A stretch of DNA of 64,000 nt. It comes from Candidatus Acididesulfobacter diazotrophicus (GTDB lineage Bacteria > SZUA-79 > Acidulodesulfobacterales > Acidulodesulfobacteraceae). A model generated the notes under the pieces. The model did not search any database. It was not told where the DNA came from and was given only the letters and a program-made list of their open reading frames with translations. The translations under genes and the position numbers were made by a program. Of the stretch, positions 43,029 to 51,162 are shown piece by piece; the first letter of the stretch is position 1; every line of letters starts with the position of its first letter. The stretch is from assembly GCA_004195025.1 (NCBI GenBank), contig SGBB01000004.1, positions 53,478 to 117,477 on the forward strand. Direction: 5' to 3'.

Positions 43029-43144
43029 GGATTAATGTATTCGCAGGAATGACACTAAAACTAAACAGGTGAACTTTTAAAATCCCTCAAAGTCGTTCCT
43101 GCACAGTAGTGAATCCAGAATAAATTTTCTATCGGCAATTTTGG
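43029..43144. repeat. About 116-bp palindromic intergenic element, same family as the 22054-22286 and 28349-28508 copies
   Basis: It contains cgcaggaatgac (rc gtcattcctgcg), the unit gtcgttcctgcacagtagtgaatccag, and the terminal ttctatcggcaattttgg. Its last 34 nt match the reverse complement of 22054-22090 at roughly 88% by hand alignment. Confidence 0.6.
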
Positions 43145-43221
43145 TTGATACAAGAAATATTAAACTTTAACATAAAAAAAATAAACATAAAAACATAAAA
43201 ACATAAAAAAATACAAAACCT

Positions 43222-43308
43222 GCCGGAATGGCGGAACTGGTAGACGCGCACGGTTCAGGGCCGTGTAAGATTTATCTTGTGGGGGTTCGATTCCCCCTTC
43301 CGGCACCA
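43222..43308 (+). tRNA. tRNA-Leu (anticodon CAG), class II with long variable arm, CCA encoded
   Basis: Hand-folded cloverleaf: acceptor GCCGGAA/TTCCGGC, anticodon stem cacgg/ccgtg with loop ttCAGgg, variable arm aagat-tt-atctt, and T arm ggggg-ttcgatt-ccccc. Confidence 0.9.
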
Positions 43309-43569
43309 TTTATTATATATATAATTTATATATAAATTATTCTACATATTATATTATATTGTTGCCGTCAGAAATAATTTCATTAACGGCAGTATTATTT
43401 ATAATTCAATATATTAATTTTATATATAAAATTAATATATTGCTTAAATAACATATTATTAATATATAATTATATATTACGGTATTATTATGAAATAAAA
43501 TTCTCTTTAATAATAAATCAATAATAAATCCATCATAAATTCATAAATATTAATTTTGAGGTATTTACA

Positions 43570-45705
43570 ATGAATATCAGTTTTAAAAATCGTTCAGCCA
43601 ATTTTATTTTAAACTATCCGCAATTAAAATTAATAAATAAAAAAAATAAAAAAATAGGCATCAGAATATTTATTTTATTTGTTTTTATATCTTTAATGTT
43701 TTCCACTATATTTTTGCCCAAAAAAGCATTTTCTTATCAAATAGCCCGGGCAGACGCCAAAACAAACACAAACACAAACAGCAATAACATGGTTAAACCA
43801 AAAAATATTAAAGCTGTTTCTTCGTCAATTATATTATTAGACCATACAAATGAAAGAATAACTTCTAAATTCAAAGATATTCTTGTCCAGCATGAAAAAA
43901 TTAAAGTTATCACAAAAAAAGGAATAAAAAAATATTCCGAACTTAGTTTTCCGTTTTCTATTAAAAATCAAAAATTAAAAATTTATTTTATCAAAATAAT
44001 AAAGCCTACCGGAAAAATAATAACTATTAATTTAAAAAATTTAAAAACGGTCACAGCTCCATTTAATATGAATGCTCCAATATTTTCAAACCGATTGTTA
44101 AAAACTATCCGCCTTCCTAATATTTCAAAAAACTCTGTTATAGACTATAAATTTAAGACGACTACTATTAAACCTTATATGAAAAATAATTTTTTTACGG
44201 AGGATTATTTTGGAGGCTTGTCCCCTGTCAAAAAATCTGTTTATCTGCTAACAATACCTGCAGGAATTCATTATAAATACGCAGAATATGGGCTGCGCAG
44301 CAAACCTGAAATTAAAAAAACAAATAAAACCGTTACATTAAAATGGATAGTAGTAAATAGAAAAAAAATAACTCCTGAAAATTTTGGTCCTGGCGAATCA
44401 TTTATAGTACCTCATGTTATGGTTTCTTCCGTTAAATCATGGAATGATGTTGCAAAATGGTATTCAACACTCACAGATAACCAAATAATGCCTGATAAAA
44501 AACTTAAAAATTTCATTAAAAAATTAACATATTCAAAAAAAAGAGAATCATACAAAATAAAAGCTATTTATAACTTTGTAGCAAAAAAAATTAGATATGT
44601 CGGCTATGAATTCGGCATTGGCGGCTATAAACCTAGCAATGTTAACAAAATATTTAAAAATAAATTTGGGGACTGTAAGGACCACGCAACGCTATTTATG
44701 TCCATGCTGCGTTCAATAGGAGTAAATGCTTATCCTGTTTTAATTCCGACTGTTATGATTCCCGATATGAATCCTGCATTGCCAACTCCATTTGTATTTG
44801 ACCATGAAATAACCGCAATAAAAATTAACGGCAATACTAATAAAATTATTAATAAATTAATATACCCAAACACATCTAAGATTTCATTTAACGATAACAA
44901 CTTTTCTCCTGTTGTAAAAGTGAACAACAATTTTTTCCTTTTCGCCGATACAACTTCTAATGTTACTACATTCGGAGATTTACCCCCTATGGATCAGGGA
45001 AGAAATGTTCTTATAATAATGCATAATAAAGGATTGGTTGTAAAAACACCGATATTTCCTCCTGCGTATAACAATATAATATTTAAGGAAAATGCTTCAA
45101 TAAATGAAAATGGTACTCTTACTTCAAAAACAAATGCCGTATACACAGGCGCTTATGATATGTACAAAAGATATGTTTTTACTTCAATCTCTAAAAGACA
45201 AAAACTAAATAAGATACTAAAAAATATTAATTCTATTACTCCTAAAGCAATATTGCTCCATTATTCTATAAGAAATGCAAACAGCATGGACAAACCTTTC
45301 ATTGAAAATATTACATTTAAAGCTAAAAAATATGCAGCGGAGAATCAAAAATTTTTTCTTATCAGACTTCCTATCAAAATAAGAACAATACTTTCTAAAA
45401 TTGCTATTTTAAAAAGCAGAAAATATTCTTTAAAATTGGGATATAATTTTTCGGAAACTAATATAATAAAATTAAATATTCCCGATGGATACATTATAGC
45501 TTTCAAGCCGCCGTATATTCACTATTCCAATAAAATAGGCTCTTTTTTTGCAGACTATAAGGTAAAAAACAATCAAATATTTTTTCATAGTATTTTTAAT
45601 GTCAACGGATATAAAATATTAAAACAAGATTATCCTTCTGCAAGAAAATTATTTGATAAAACAATTAAATATTTATCTAATCAAATACTAATAGCAAAAA
45701 AGTGA
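43570..45705 (+). CDS. Secreted DUF3857-like + transglutaminase-core protein
   Basis: It has an N-terminal signal/anchor. The transglutaminase catalytic Cys motif is FGDCKDHATLFMSMLRSIG in the central region. The size and layout resemble DUF3857/transglutaminase family proteins. Confidence 0.7.
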   Translation: MNISFKNRSANFILNYPQLKLINKKNKKIGIRIFILFVFISLMFSTIFLPKKAFSYQIARADAKTNTNTNSNNMVKPKNIKAVSSSIILLDHTNERITSKFKDILVQHEKIKVITKKGIKKYSELSFPFSIKNQKLKIYFIKIIKPTGKIITINLKNLKTVTAPFNMNAPIFSNRLLKTIRLPNISKNSVIDYKFKTTTIKPYMKNNFFTEDYFGGLSPVKKSVYLLTIPAGIHYKYAEYGLRSKPEIKKTNKTVTLKWIVVNRKKITPENFGPGESFIVPHVMVSSVKSWNDVAKWYSTLTDNQIMPDKKLKNFIKKLTYSKKRESYKIKAIYNFVAKKIRYVGYEFGIGGYKPSNVNKIFKNKFGDCKDHATLFMSMLRSIGVNAYPVLIPTVMIPDMNPALPTPFVFDHEITAIKINGNTNKIINKLIYPNTSKISFNDNNFSPVVKVNNNFFLFADTTSNVTTFGDLPPMDQGRNVLIIMHNKGLVVKTPIFPPAYNNIIFKENASINENGTLTSKTNAVYTGAYDMYKRYVFTSISKRQKLNKILKNINSITPKAILLHYSIRNANSMDKPFIENITFKAKKYAAENQKFFLIRLPIKIRTILSKIAILKSRKYSLKLGYNFSETNIIKLNIPDGYIIAFKPPYIHYSNKIGSFFADYKVKNNQIFFHSIFNVNGYKILKQDYPSARKLFDKTIKYLSNQILIAKK

Positions 45706-45751
45706 TTAATTTAATTATATTAATTAATTATATTCATTAATTATATTATAT

Positions 45752-46375
45752 ATGGATAAAAATACAAAAGAAAACAATAAAAAATGTGATTTAGATAAAG
45801 ATTTATCTATCCACAATAATTGGTTTAACGATACTTTAATATCCGTATTTGAATTAGGTTTAGTTCAAGTTTATACAGGAAACGGGAAAGGGAAAACGAC
45901 GGCTGCATTAGGACAGGCATTAAGAGCCTGTGGGCATAACCTGAAATCTGTTGTTATACAATTTCTGAAAGGGGGTTCTTATACCGGTGAATTTAAAATT
46001 CAAGAAAAACTTCAACCGTTTTTTAAAATATATCAATTTGGAAATCCATATTTTATAAATAAAAACTGCATCAGGGAGGAAGATTTAGAATTAAACAGAA
46101 ACGGTTTTAAATTAGCGCTTGAAATTGCCACGCAGCAAAATGATATTCATATATTAGTCTTAGATGAAATTAATGTTGCAGTTAATATCGGCATTATAAA
46201 AATAGATGAAGTTCTAAATTTAATAAAAAACAAAAGAAAAGATATAGAGCTGATACTTACGGGAAGATATGCTTCGCAAGAAATAATAGACGCAGCAGAC
46301 CTCGTAACTGAAATGAAAGAAATAAAACATTATTATAATAATAATGTTACTTCAAGATTCGGAATAGAAAAATGA
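45752..46375 (+). CDS. cobO: Cob(I)yrinic acid a,c-diamide adenosyltransferase (CobO/BtuR type)
   Basis: P-loop VYTGNGKGKTTAALGQALRA, followed by VIQFLKG and LDEIN motifs. Confidence 0.85.
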   Translation: MDKNTKENNKKCDLDKDLSIHNNWFNDTLISVFELGLVQVYTGNGKGKTTAALGQALRACGHNLKSVVIQFLKGGSYTGEFKIQEKLQPFFKIYQFGNPYFINKNCIREEDLELNRNGFKLALEIATQQNDIHILVLDEINVAVNIGIIKIDEVLNLIKNKRKDIELILTGRYASQEIIDAADLVTEMKEIKHYYNNNVTSRFGIEK

Positions 46376-46769
46376 ATAAAAATAAATAACGGTTTAACAA
46401 ATATTCTTGATTTAAAATATTTGATAATATATAATTAAAACTTATTTTTTATATTTTATATCATAATAATTTAATAATAAGTTAGGCATATAATTTAGAA
46501 AATGGATATAAATGAATATTGAAATTATCTAAACTAACATAAAAAAACAATATTATAGATTAAATTATGTATATATATGATAAAAAACCCATTTTTAATA
46601 ATAAAATAATTTTATTATTAAAAAAATAATTTATCTTTTGTTAATTTTTTATTATTATAATATATTTAGTATTATTGATTTTTATTTATATATTTTATTT
46701 ATATAACAATATTATATTTTATAAATAAAAATCAATAAATTCAAAAAATAAAATTCGGGGGTATATTTA

Positions 46770-47702
46770 ATGAAAGTCAGTATTATAGGAGCAGGAAGAT
46801 TAGGAGCTACTCTTGCATATACGTTAACGCTTAAAGATATTGTCAGAGAAATAACATTAATAGATATAAACAAAGACCTATCTAAAGGAGAAATGCTTGA
46901 TATATCGCACGGTATTTCTCTAACAGGACACACTAGAGTAAAAACTGCCGATTATGAATCCGTAAAAGATGCCGACATAATTGTTATAACTGCAGGCATA
47001 CCAAGGAAACCTGGTGAATCAAGACTTGATTTAAACAAAAAAAATGTTCATATATTAAAACAAATTGTAGAAAATATTATAAAATATAATACAAATTGTA
47101 TATTATTTGTAGTTTCCAACCCTGTAGATATAATGACTTATGTTGCTTATAAAACATCTGGATTTGAACGAAAAAAAGTTTTCGGAATGGGGACGATGCT
47201 TGACACGACTAGACTTCGTTCAGCCATAGGTTCTTATTTTGATCTTAATCCTGAGGATGTAGATATAATGTTCCTTGGAGAGCACGGAGACAGTATGACT
47301 CCTATTTTTTCTCTTGCAAGTATTAACAGTATTCCTTTGAGAGATATACCCGGGTACAACATGGAAAAACTCAAAGAAATAGCCGAACGTTCAAGCACAT
47401 GCGCTGCTGAAGTAATTGCGTTAAAAGGCGGAACAATCTTCGCTCCTGCGGTAGTGATGTCGGAAATCATAGAATCAATGGTCAAAGACAGGCGTCAAAT
47501 TATGCCTCTTTCGGTTTATCTTGAAGATTACTATGGAATAAATGGCATATACACAGGGGTTCCCGCTATATTATCAAAAGATGGAATAGAAAAAGTTATT
47601 AAACCTAAATTAACGGAAGAAGAAATTAAAGGATTAAATAAATCGGCTTCTGTAATAAAAAATGCAATCGACGATTTAAAAAAAGAAGGTTTAATAGAAT
47701 AA
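46770..47702 (+). CDS. mdh: Malate dehydrogenase (LDH-like MDH family)
   Basis: Rossmann KVSIIGAGRLG and GIPRKPGESRLDL, with Arg rather than Gln at the substrate-discriminating position, which favours MDH over LDH. The catalytic GEHGDS is present. Confidence 0.8.
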   Translation: MKVSIIGAGRLGATLAYTLTLKDIVREITLIDINKDLSKGEMLDISHGISLTGHTRVKTADYESVKDADIIVITAGIPRKPGESRLDLNKKNVHILKQIVENIIKYNTNCILFVVSNPVDIMTYVAYKTSGFERKKVFGMGTMLDTTRLRSAIGSYFDLNPEDVDIMFLGEHGDSMTPIFSLASINSIPLRDIPGYNMEKLKEIAERSSTCAAEVIALKGGTIFAPAVVMSEIIESMVKDRRQIMPLSVYLEDYYGINGIYTGVPAILSKDGIEKVIKPKLTEEEIKGLNKSASVIKNAIDDLKKEGLIE

Positions 47703-47959
47703 CTAATAAAATAACTAATAAATTTTAAAAATGACAAATTAAATTGTTTTTAACTTGTATTTATATAATGTATTAATTTATATAAATAATTTGCGCAATT
47801 ATTATAATATTATAATATATTCTTATAAATTCTTATATATTCTTATATTTATTTAATATTTTTTAATTATTAAACAAAATTTATTATTTTAAATTTTTAT
47901 TTTTTTTTATTTTTAAGCAATTATATTAATTTTGTTATTAATTATTATAATTGCTTTTC

Positions 47960-48598
47960 TTATTTCTTATTTTTACTTACGAGCAAAGTTTTAAATTTAT
48001 CTTTTCCGACCCTGATTAAATAATTTATTTTAAATCTGCCTGTAAATATTTTATTTTTATTCATATTTAAATAAACTTTATACCCCGTTAAATTATTAAG
48101 ACTGTTTAAAAAATTCTTTTTATAAATAATTAATCGCAAATACACTCTTCCGTCTTTTACTATAATTGATCTCAATTTGCTTTTAGGAAATTTATGAATG
48201 GAAACTGTATATAAAAGATTTGAAATATTAATTTGATTATATTTAATATTTTTAAAAAAATGCAGGTTATTTTTTAATTTATCTAAAAAAACCGAATTAT
48301 TTTTTATATGAATACTTAATGAAGATAATTCTTTATTATATTTAGCAATTATTTTATTGCTTGTGACATAATTAATAAAAAAAGCAAACCAAATTATAAT
48401 TAAAACAAAAATATATACTAAAATTATTATTTTCTGTTGTTTTTTATTTTTTCTATTATTATTGATTTTAGTATTATTTATTTTCTTAAAAGAATTATCC
48501 ATATCTAATAAATCAATGTCATTGCCGTCGCCGTAATTATCATCAATAATTTTATGAAAATCATCAATTTTAAAATCGCTCATAGTATTAATAAACAT
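47960..48598 (-). CDS. Hypothetical bitopic membrane protein, Asn/Lys-rich
   Basis: 212-aa ORF with an acidic N-terminus, one TM (IIILVYIFVLIIIWFAFFINYV) and a basic C-terminal domain. No family recognised. It is isolated by large AT-rich spacers. Confidence 0.5.
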   Translation of the reverse strand: MFINTMSDFKIDDFHKIIDDNYGDGNDIDLLDMDNSFKKINNTKINNNRKNKKQQKIIILVYIFVLIIIWFAFFINYVTSNKIIAKYNKELSSLSIHIKNNSVFLDKLKNNLHFFKNIKYNQINISNLLYTVSIHKFPKSKLRSIIVKDGRVYLRLIIYKKNFLNSLNNLTGYKVYLNMNKNKIFTGRFKINYLIRVGKDKFKTLLVSKNKK

Positions 48599-49037
48599 TA
48601 ATAAAATTAATAAATATTAAATTTATATACATAAATATTGTTAAACTTTTAAATAAGATACAATATTTTTTATATTTTTCAATATAATATTATATCAGCT
48701 ATACTATAATAGTATATATAAATATTATTTATTTGCAAATTTACAATTTTAATATATTAGTTCTAAATATATTAAAATTGTAACGTGATAGACTTATTGC
48801 TTATAATTAATCTAATATAAATTAAAATATAATGCAAACAATATTTTAATTTATAAAACAAAACACCAAAATACTTAATTTTTATTCTCATTAACTTATA
48901 TCTTAATAATGTAATAATAAATTAAATGCGATAATAAATTAAAAATTAATTTCAACAGGTAAAATAAAAGTAAACGACAAATACTTAATTTTTATTGAAT
49001 ATTATTAATTTATATTGTAAAATTAATACTATCAAAA

Positions 49038-49124
49038 GCCGAAGTGGTGGAATTGGTAGACGCACCGGACTCAAAATCCGGCGAAGGCAACTTCATGGGG
49101 GTTCGATTCCCCCCTTCGGCACCA
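49038..49124 (+). tRNA. tRNA-Leu (anticodon CAA), class II, CCA encoded; integration target
   Basis: Hand-folded: acceptor GCCGAAG/CTTCGGC, anticodon stem ccgga/tccgg with loop ctCAAaa, a long variable arm, and T arm ggggg-ttcgatt-ccccc. Confidence 0.9.
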
Positions 49125-49137
49125 CAGTAAATAAGCC
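49064..49137 (+). repeat. Direct repeat copy 1 (attL-like): 3' 61 nt of tRNA-Leu(CAA) plus 13 nt of flank
   Basis: It is identical at all 74 positions to 49879-49952 (aligned by hand). Confidence 0.95.
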
Positions 49138-49192
49138 GTTAAACTATATAAAAATATATAGTACTTTTTGTTTAAAATATTACCAAACGCAA

Positions 49193-49222
49193 CAAGGAGT
49201 GAGTAATAAAATAAATCGGATA
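49193..49222 (+). repeat. Copy of the AGGAG..GAGTAA..ATAAAATAAATCGGATA motif shared with 60511-60539 and 60774-60806
   Basis: caaggagtgagtaataaaataaatcggata: the 17-nt core ataaaataaatcggata is identical in all three copies. Confidence 0.6.
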
Positions 49223-49304
49223 CCTTTTAGTTTAATAATTTTATTAATGCTATAATAAATATACCTTATAAACAATGTAAGTAAAATATTTAAGGGAGGA
49301 AAAA

Positions 49305-49493
49305 ATGCAGACGGCCAAAAATGAGGTTGCCGACCTTCTCAAACGCTTACCTGATAATTGCACATTGGAAGACGTCCAGTATCATTTATATGTAATACAA
49401 AAAATTGAACGCGGATTGAAGGACGAGGAAGAAGGCCGCGTTTACGAAGAAAAAGAAATCGAAAAGAAAATGTCAAAATGGCTCGAAAAATAA
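49305..49493 (+). CDS. Putative type II antitoxin partnered with ParE/RelE-family toxin
   Basis: 62-aa acidic protein (LPDNCTLEDVQYHLYVIQKIERGLKDEEEG) with a strong RBS (gggagg) 7 nt upstream. It overlaps the toxin gene by 16 nt. I associate this sequence pattern with antitoxins paired to RelE/ParE toxins, but I cannot name the family. Confidence 0.65.
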   Translation: MQTAKNEVADLLKRLPDNCTLEDVQYHLYVIQKIERGLKDEEEGRVYEEKEIEKKMSKWLEK

Positions 49494-49792
49494 TCTGGAC
49501 ATTAGAATCCGCTGACGACCTTGAAGCGATTGCAACTTACATAGCTCGGGATTCCGGTTTTTATGCTAGGTCTTTCATCCGTGAAATCAGAGACGCAAGT
49601 CTCTCTCTTAAAGAATTTCCTGAAAGAGGCCGCATGGTTCCGGAATTTTCAAATACTGCCGTTCGTGAGCTTTTCATAAAAGAATACCGTCTTATATATA
49701 AAATAGAAGAATCCCGCATTGTCGTTCTAGGTATTATCCATGGAAAAAGAGACCTCAAGGTTTTATCTGAAAAAGATGGGTGGAAAAACTGA
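49478..49792 (+). CDS. ParE/RelE-family type II toxin (plasmid stabilisation system protein)
   Basis: 104 aa: IIWTLESADDLEAIATYIARDS...FPERGRMVPEF...RELFIKEYRLIYKIEESRIVVLGIIHGKRDL is the typical ParE/RelE layout. Confidence 0.8.
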   Translation: MARKIIWTLESADDLEAIATYIARDSGFYARSFIREIRDASLSLKEFPERGRMVPEFSNTAVRELFIKEYRLIYKIEESRIVVLGIIHGKRDLKVLSEKDGWKN

Positions 49793-49878
49793 TTTTCCGT
49801 TATAGCGGAATTCTAACATGGGCATATTTTTTATATGCAGAAATACATATTAAAATCAGTTAGTTATAAAATATCATA

Positions 49879-49939
49879 ACCGGACTCAAAATCCGGCGAA
49901 GGCAACTTCATGGGGGTTCGATTCCCCCCTTCGGCACCA
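49879..49939 (+). pseudogene. Displaced 3' fragment of tRNA-Leu(CAA), from anticodon stem to CCA
   Basis: It lacks the acceptor 5' strand and the D arm. It is identical to 49064-49124. Confidence 0.9.
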
Positions 49940-49952
49940 CAGTAAATAAGCC
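49879..49952 (+). repeat. Direct repeat copy 2 (attR-like)
   Basis: Exact 74-nt copy of 49064-49137. Confidence 0.95.
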
Positions 49953-50026
49953 TTTTTACCCACTTGACGTTAAATCATAATTTACGGAATCTACGGTAGA
50001 CGGCAAAAGACATCGTTATAGCTTAA

Positions 50027-50863
50027 TTAAGGCTTTTTTGCCATACTAAATTTATTGGATTGTTTTTTGATATTATCAAATTGCCAGTCAAGTTCTGCGA
50101 TTATCTCGTTATTAGATGTAATAGTAACCTTTCCCAATAAATCTTCTCTATGCGAAATTACTCCTACCGACAATTCTTCTGATAGAGCAAAACTGGCATA
50201 TGGCAATAATTTATTTAAATCGTTTTTAAAAACATAAAATACATCAATGTTATTTTGCGCCTGCTCATCCATAATATCTTTTATTTTAGAGAAATCATCC
50301 TCATTTTTTAAAATAAATATACGTTCAATGTGAACGCCTTTTTTCGCCTGCCTATAATTTAATTTTGTATGCTCAGTCGCATACTTACCAGATTTCCAAT
50401 AAAACGGTTCTATAAGATTACTCGCAACCTTAAAAGACTGACCAGGTTTTAATTCCTCCAATATAATCATTTTAGCAGCATAAATATCATGGAAAGTAAA
50501 ATCTCCTCCTTTTTCAGCCTGCTTTAATAGATGATGAATTTTCTCAAAATCTGCAATAGCTATTTGTGTCGAAATATCTGTTTTTTTCTTTTTAAGCTTG
50601 TTATATAGCATTATAGTTTCATTAACTACAATTTGTTCTTTGAGAGAAAGTTCTAATGACGGAAAAGCTGCCTTTAATCTTTTTTCCAGATTATCTATAG
50701 CTATTACCAACTCCGCAAAAATAGTCGCTAACGCAAAAGCCAATACGATTACTATTTTTGTAGAAGTACCCAAATGGAAATATACGCTTAACCAAAATGT
50801 GAGCACAATAAAGACAAGACCGAACAGCCCAATAAATAAGCGTAAAAATATAACTCTTGACAT
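50027..50863 (-). CDS. Hypothetical 2-TM protein with unassigned ~170-aa soluble C-terminal domain
   Basis: 278-aa ORF with TM segments at about residues 4-27 and 36-56, a Lys-rich linker, then a soluble domain (…FTFHDIYAAKMIILEELKPG…KGVHIERIFILKNEDD…). No family recognised. Confidence 0.55.
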   Translation of the reverse strand: MSRVIFLRLFIGLFGLVFIVLTFWLSVYFHLGTSTKIVIVLAFALATIFAELVIAIDNLEKRLKAAFPSLELSLKEQIVVNETIMLYNKLKKKKTDISTQIAIADFEKIHHLLKQAEKGGDFTFHDIYAAKMIILEELKPGQSFKVASNLIEPFYWKSGKYATEHTKLNYRQAKKGVHIERIFILKNEDDFSKIKDIMDEQAQNNIDVFYVFKNDLNKLLPYASFALSEELSVGVISHREDLLGKVTITSNNEIIAELDWQFDNIKKQSNKFSMAKKP

Positions 50864-51162
50864 TATATAATATAACCTCTCTATTTTTTTAGAAATTGTA
50901 AAATTATCTTTATTTTAAATGACAAACTGAGCTTATTCGTATAAGGACTCAACCATAAACCATACTTACTTAAAATGCGCATGGGAGAAATATGACAATT
51001 CTCCCCCTGCGCAACATAATTCTGGTTAATTAAATCCAAACGTAAGCTTTTACTCTGGCATGATCACCTTTTGGCGGCTTCAAACACTTTCTTTGTTATT
51101 TTAAATTTTAATTTAAGTCGTTATTCTTTTTATTGTTTTTATTAATAGTTTTACCGTTATTA

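Noticed and set aside
42825-43215. Possible CRISPR-like or tandem arrays: (aatta)n at about 42830-42860 and (acataaaa)n at about 43170-43210
   Set aside because: The units are 5-8 nt with no spacers and are pure low-complexity AT sequence. No cas genes are present. These are simple sequence repeats, not CRISPR.
48995-49255. 86-aa plus-strand ORF spanning tRNA-Leu(CAA)
   Set aside because: It reads straight through a well-folded tRNA gene (the SGGIGRRTGLKIRRRQLHGGSIPPFG portion is translated tRNA). It is not a protein gene.
49561-49758. 65-aa minus-strand ORF inside the ParE/RelE toxin gene
   Set aside because: It is an antisense shadow ORF within a confidently assigned toxin frame. It has no RBS and no motif.
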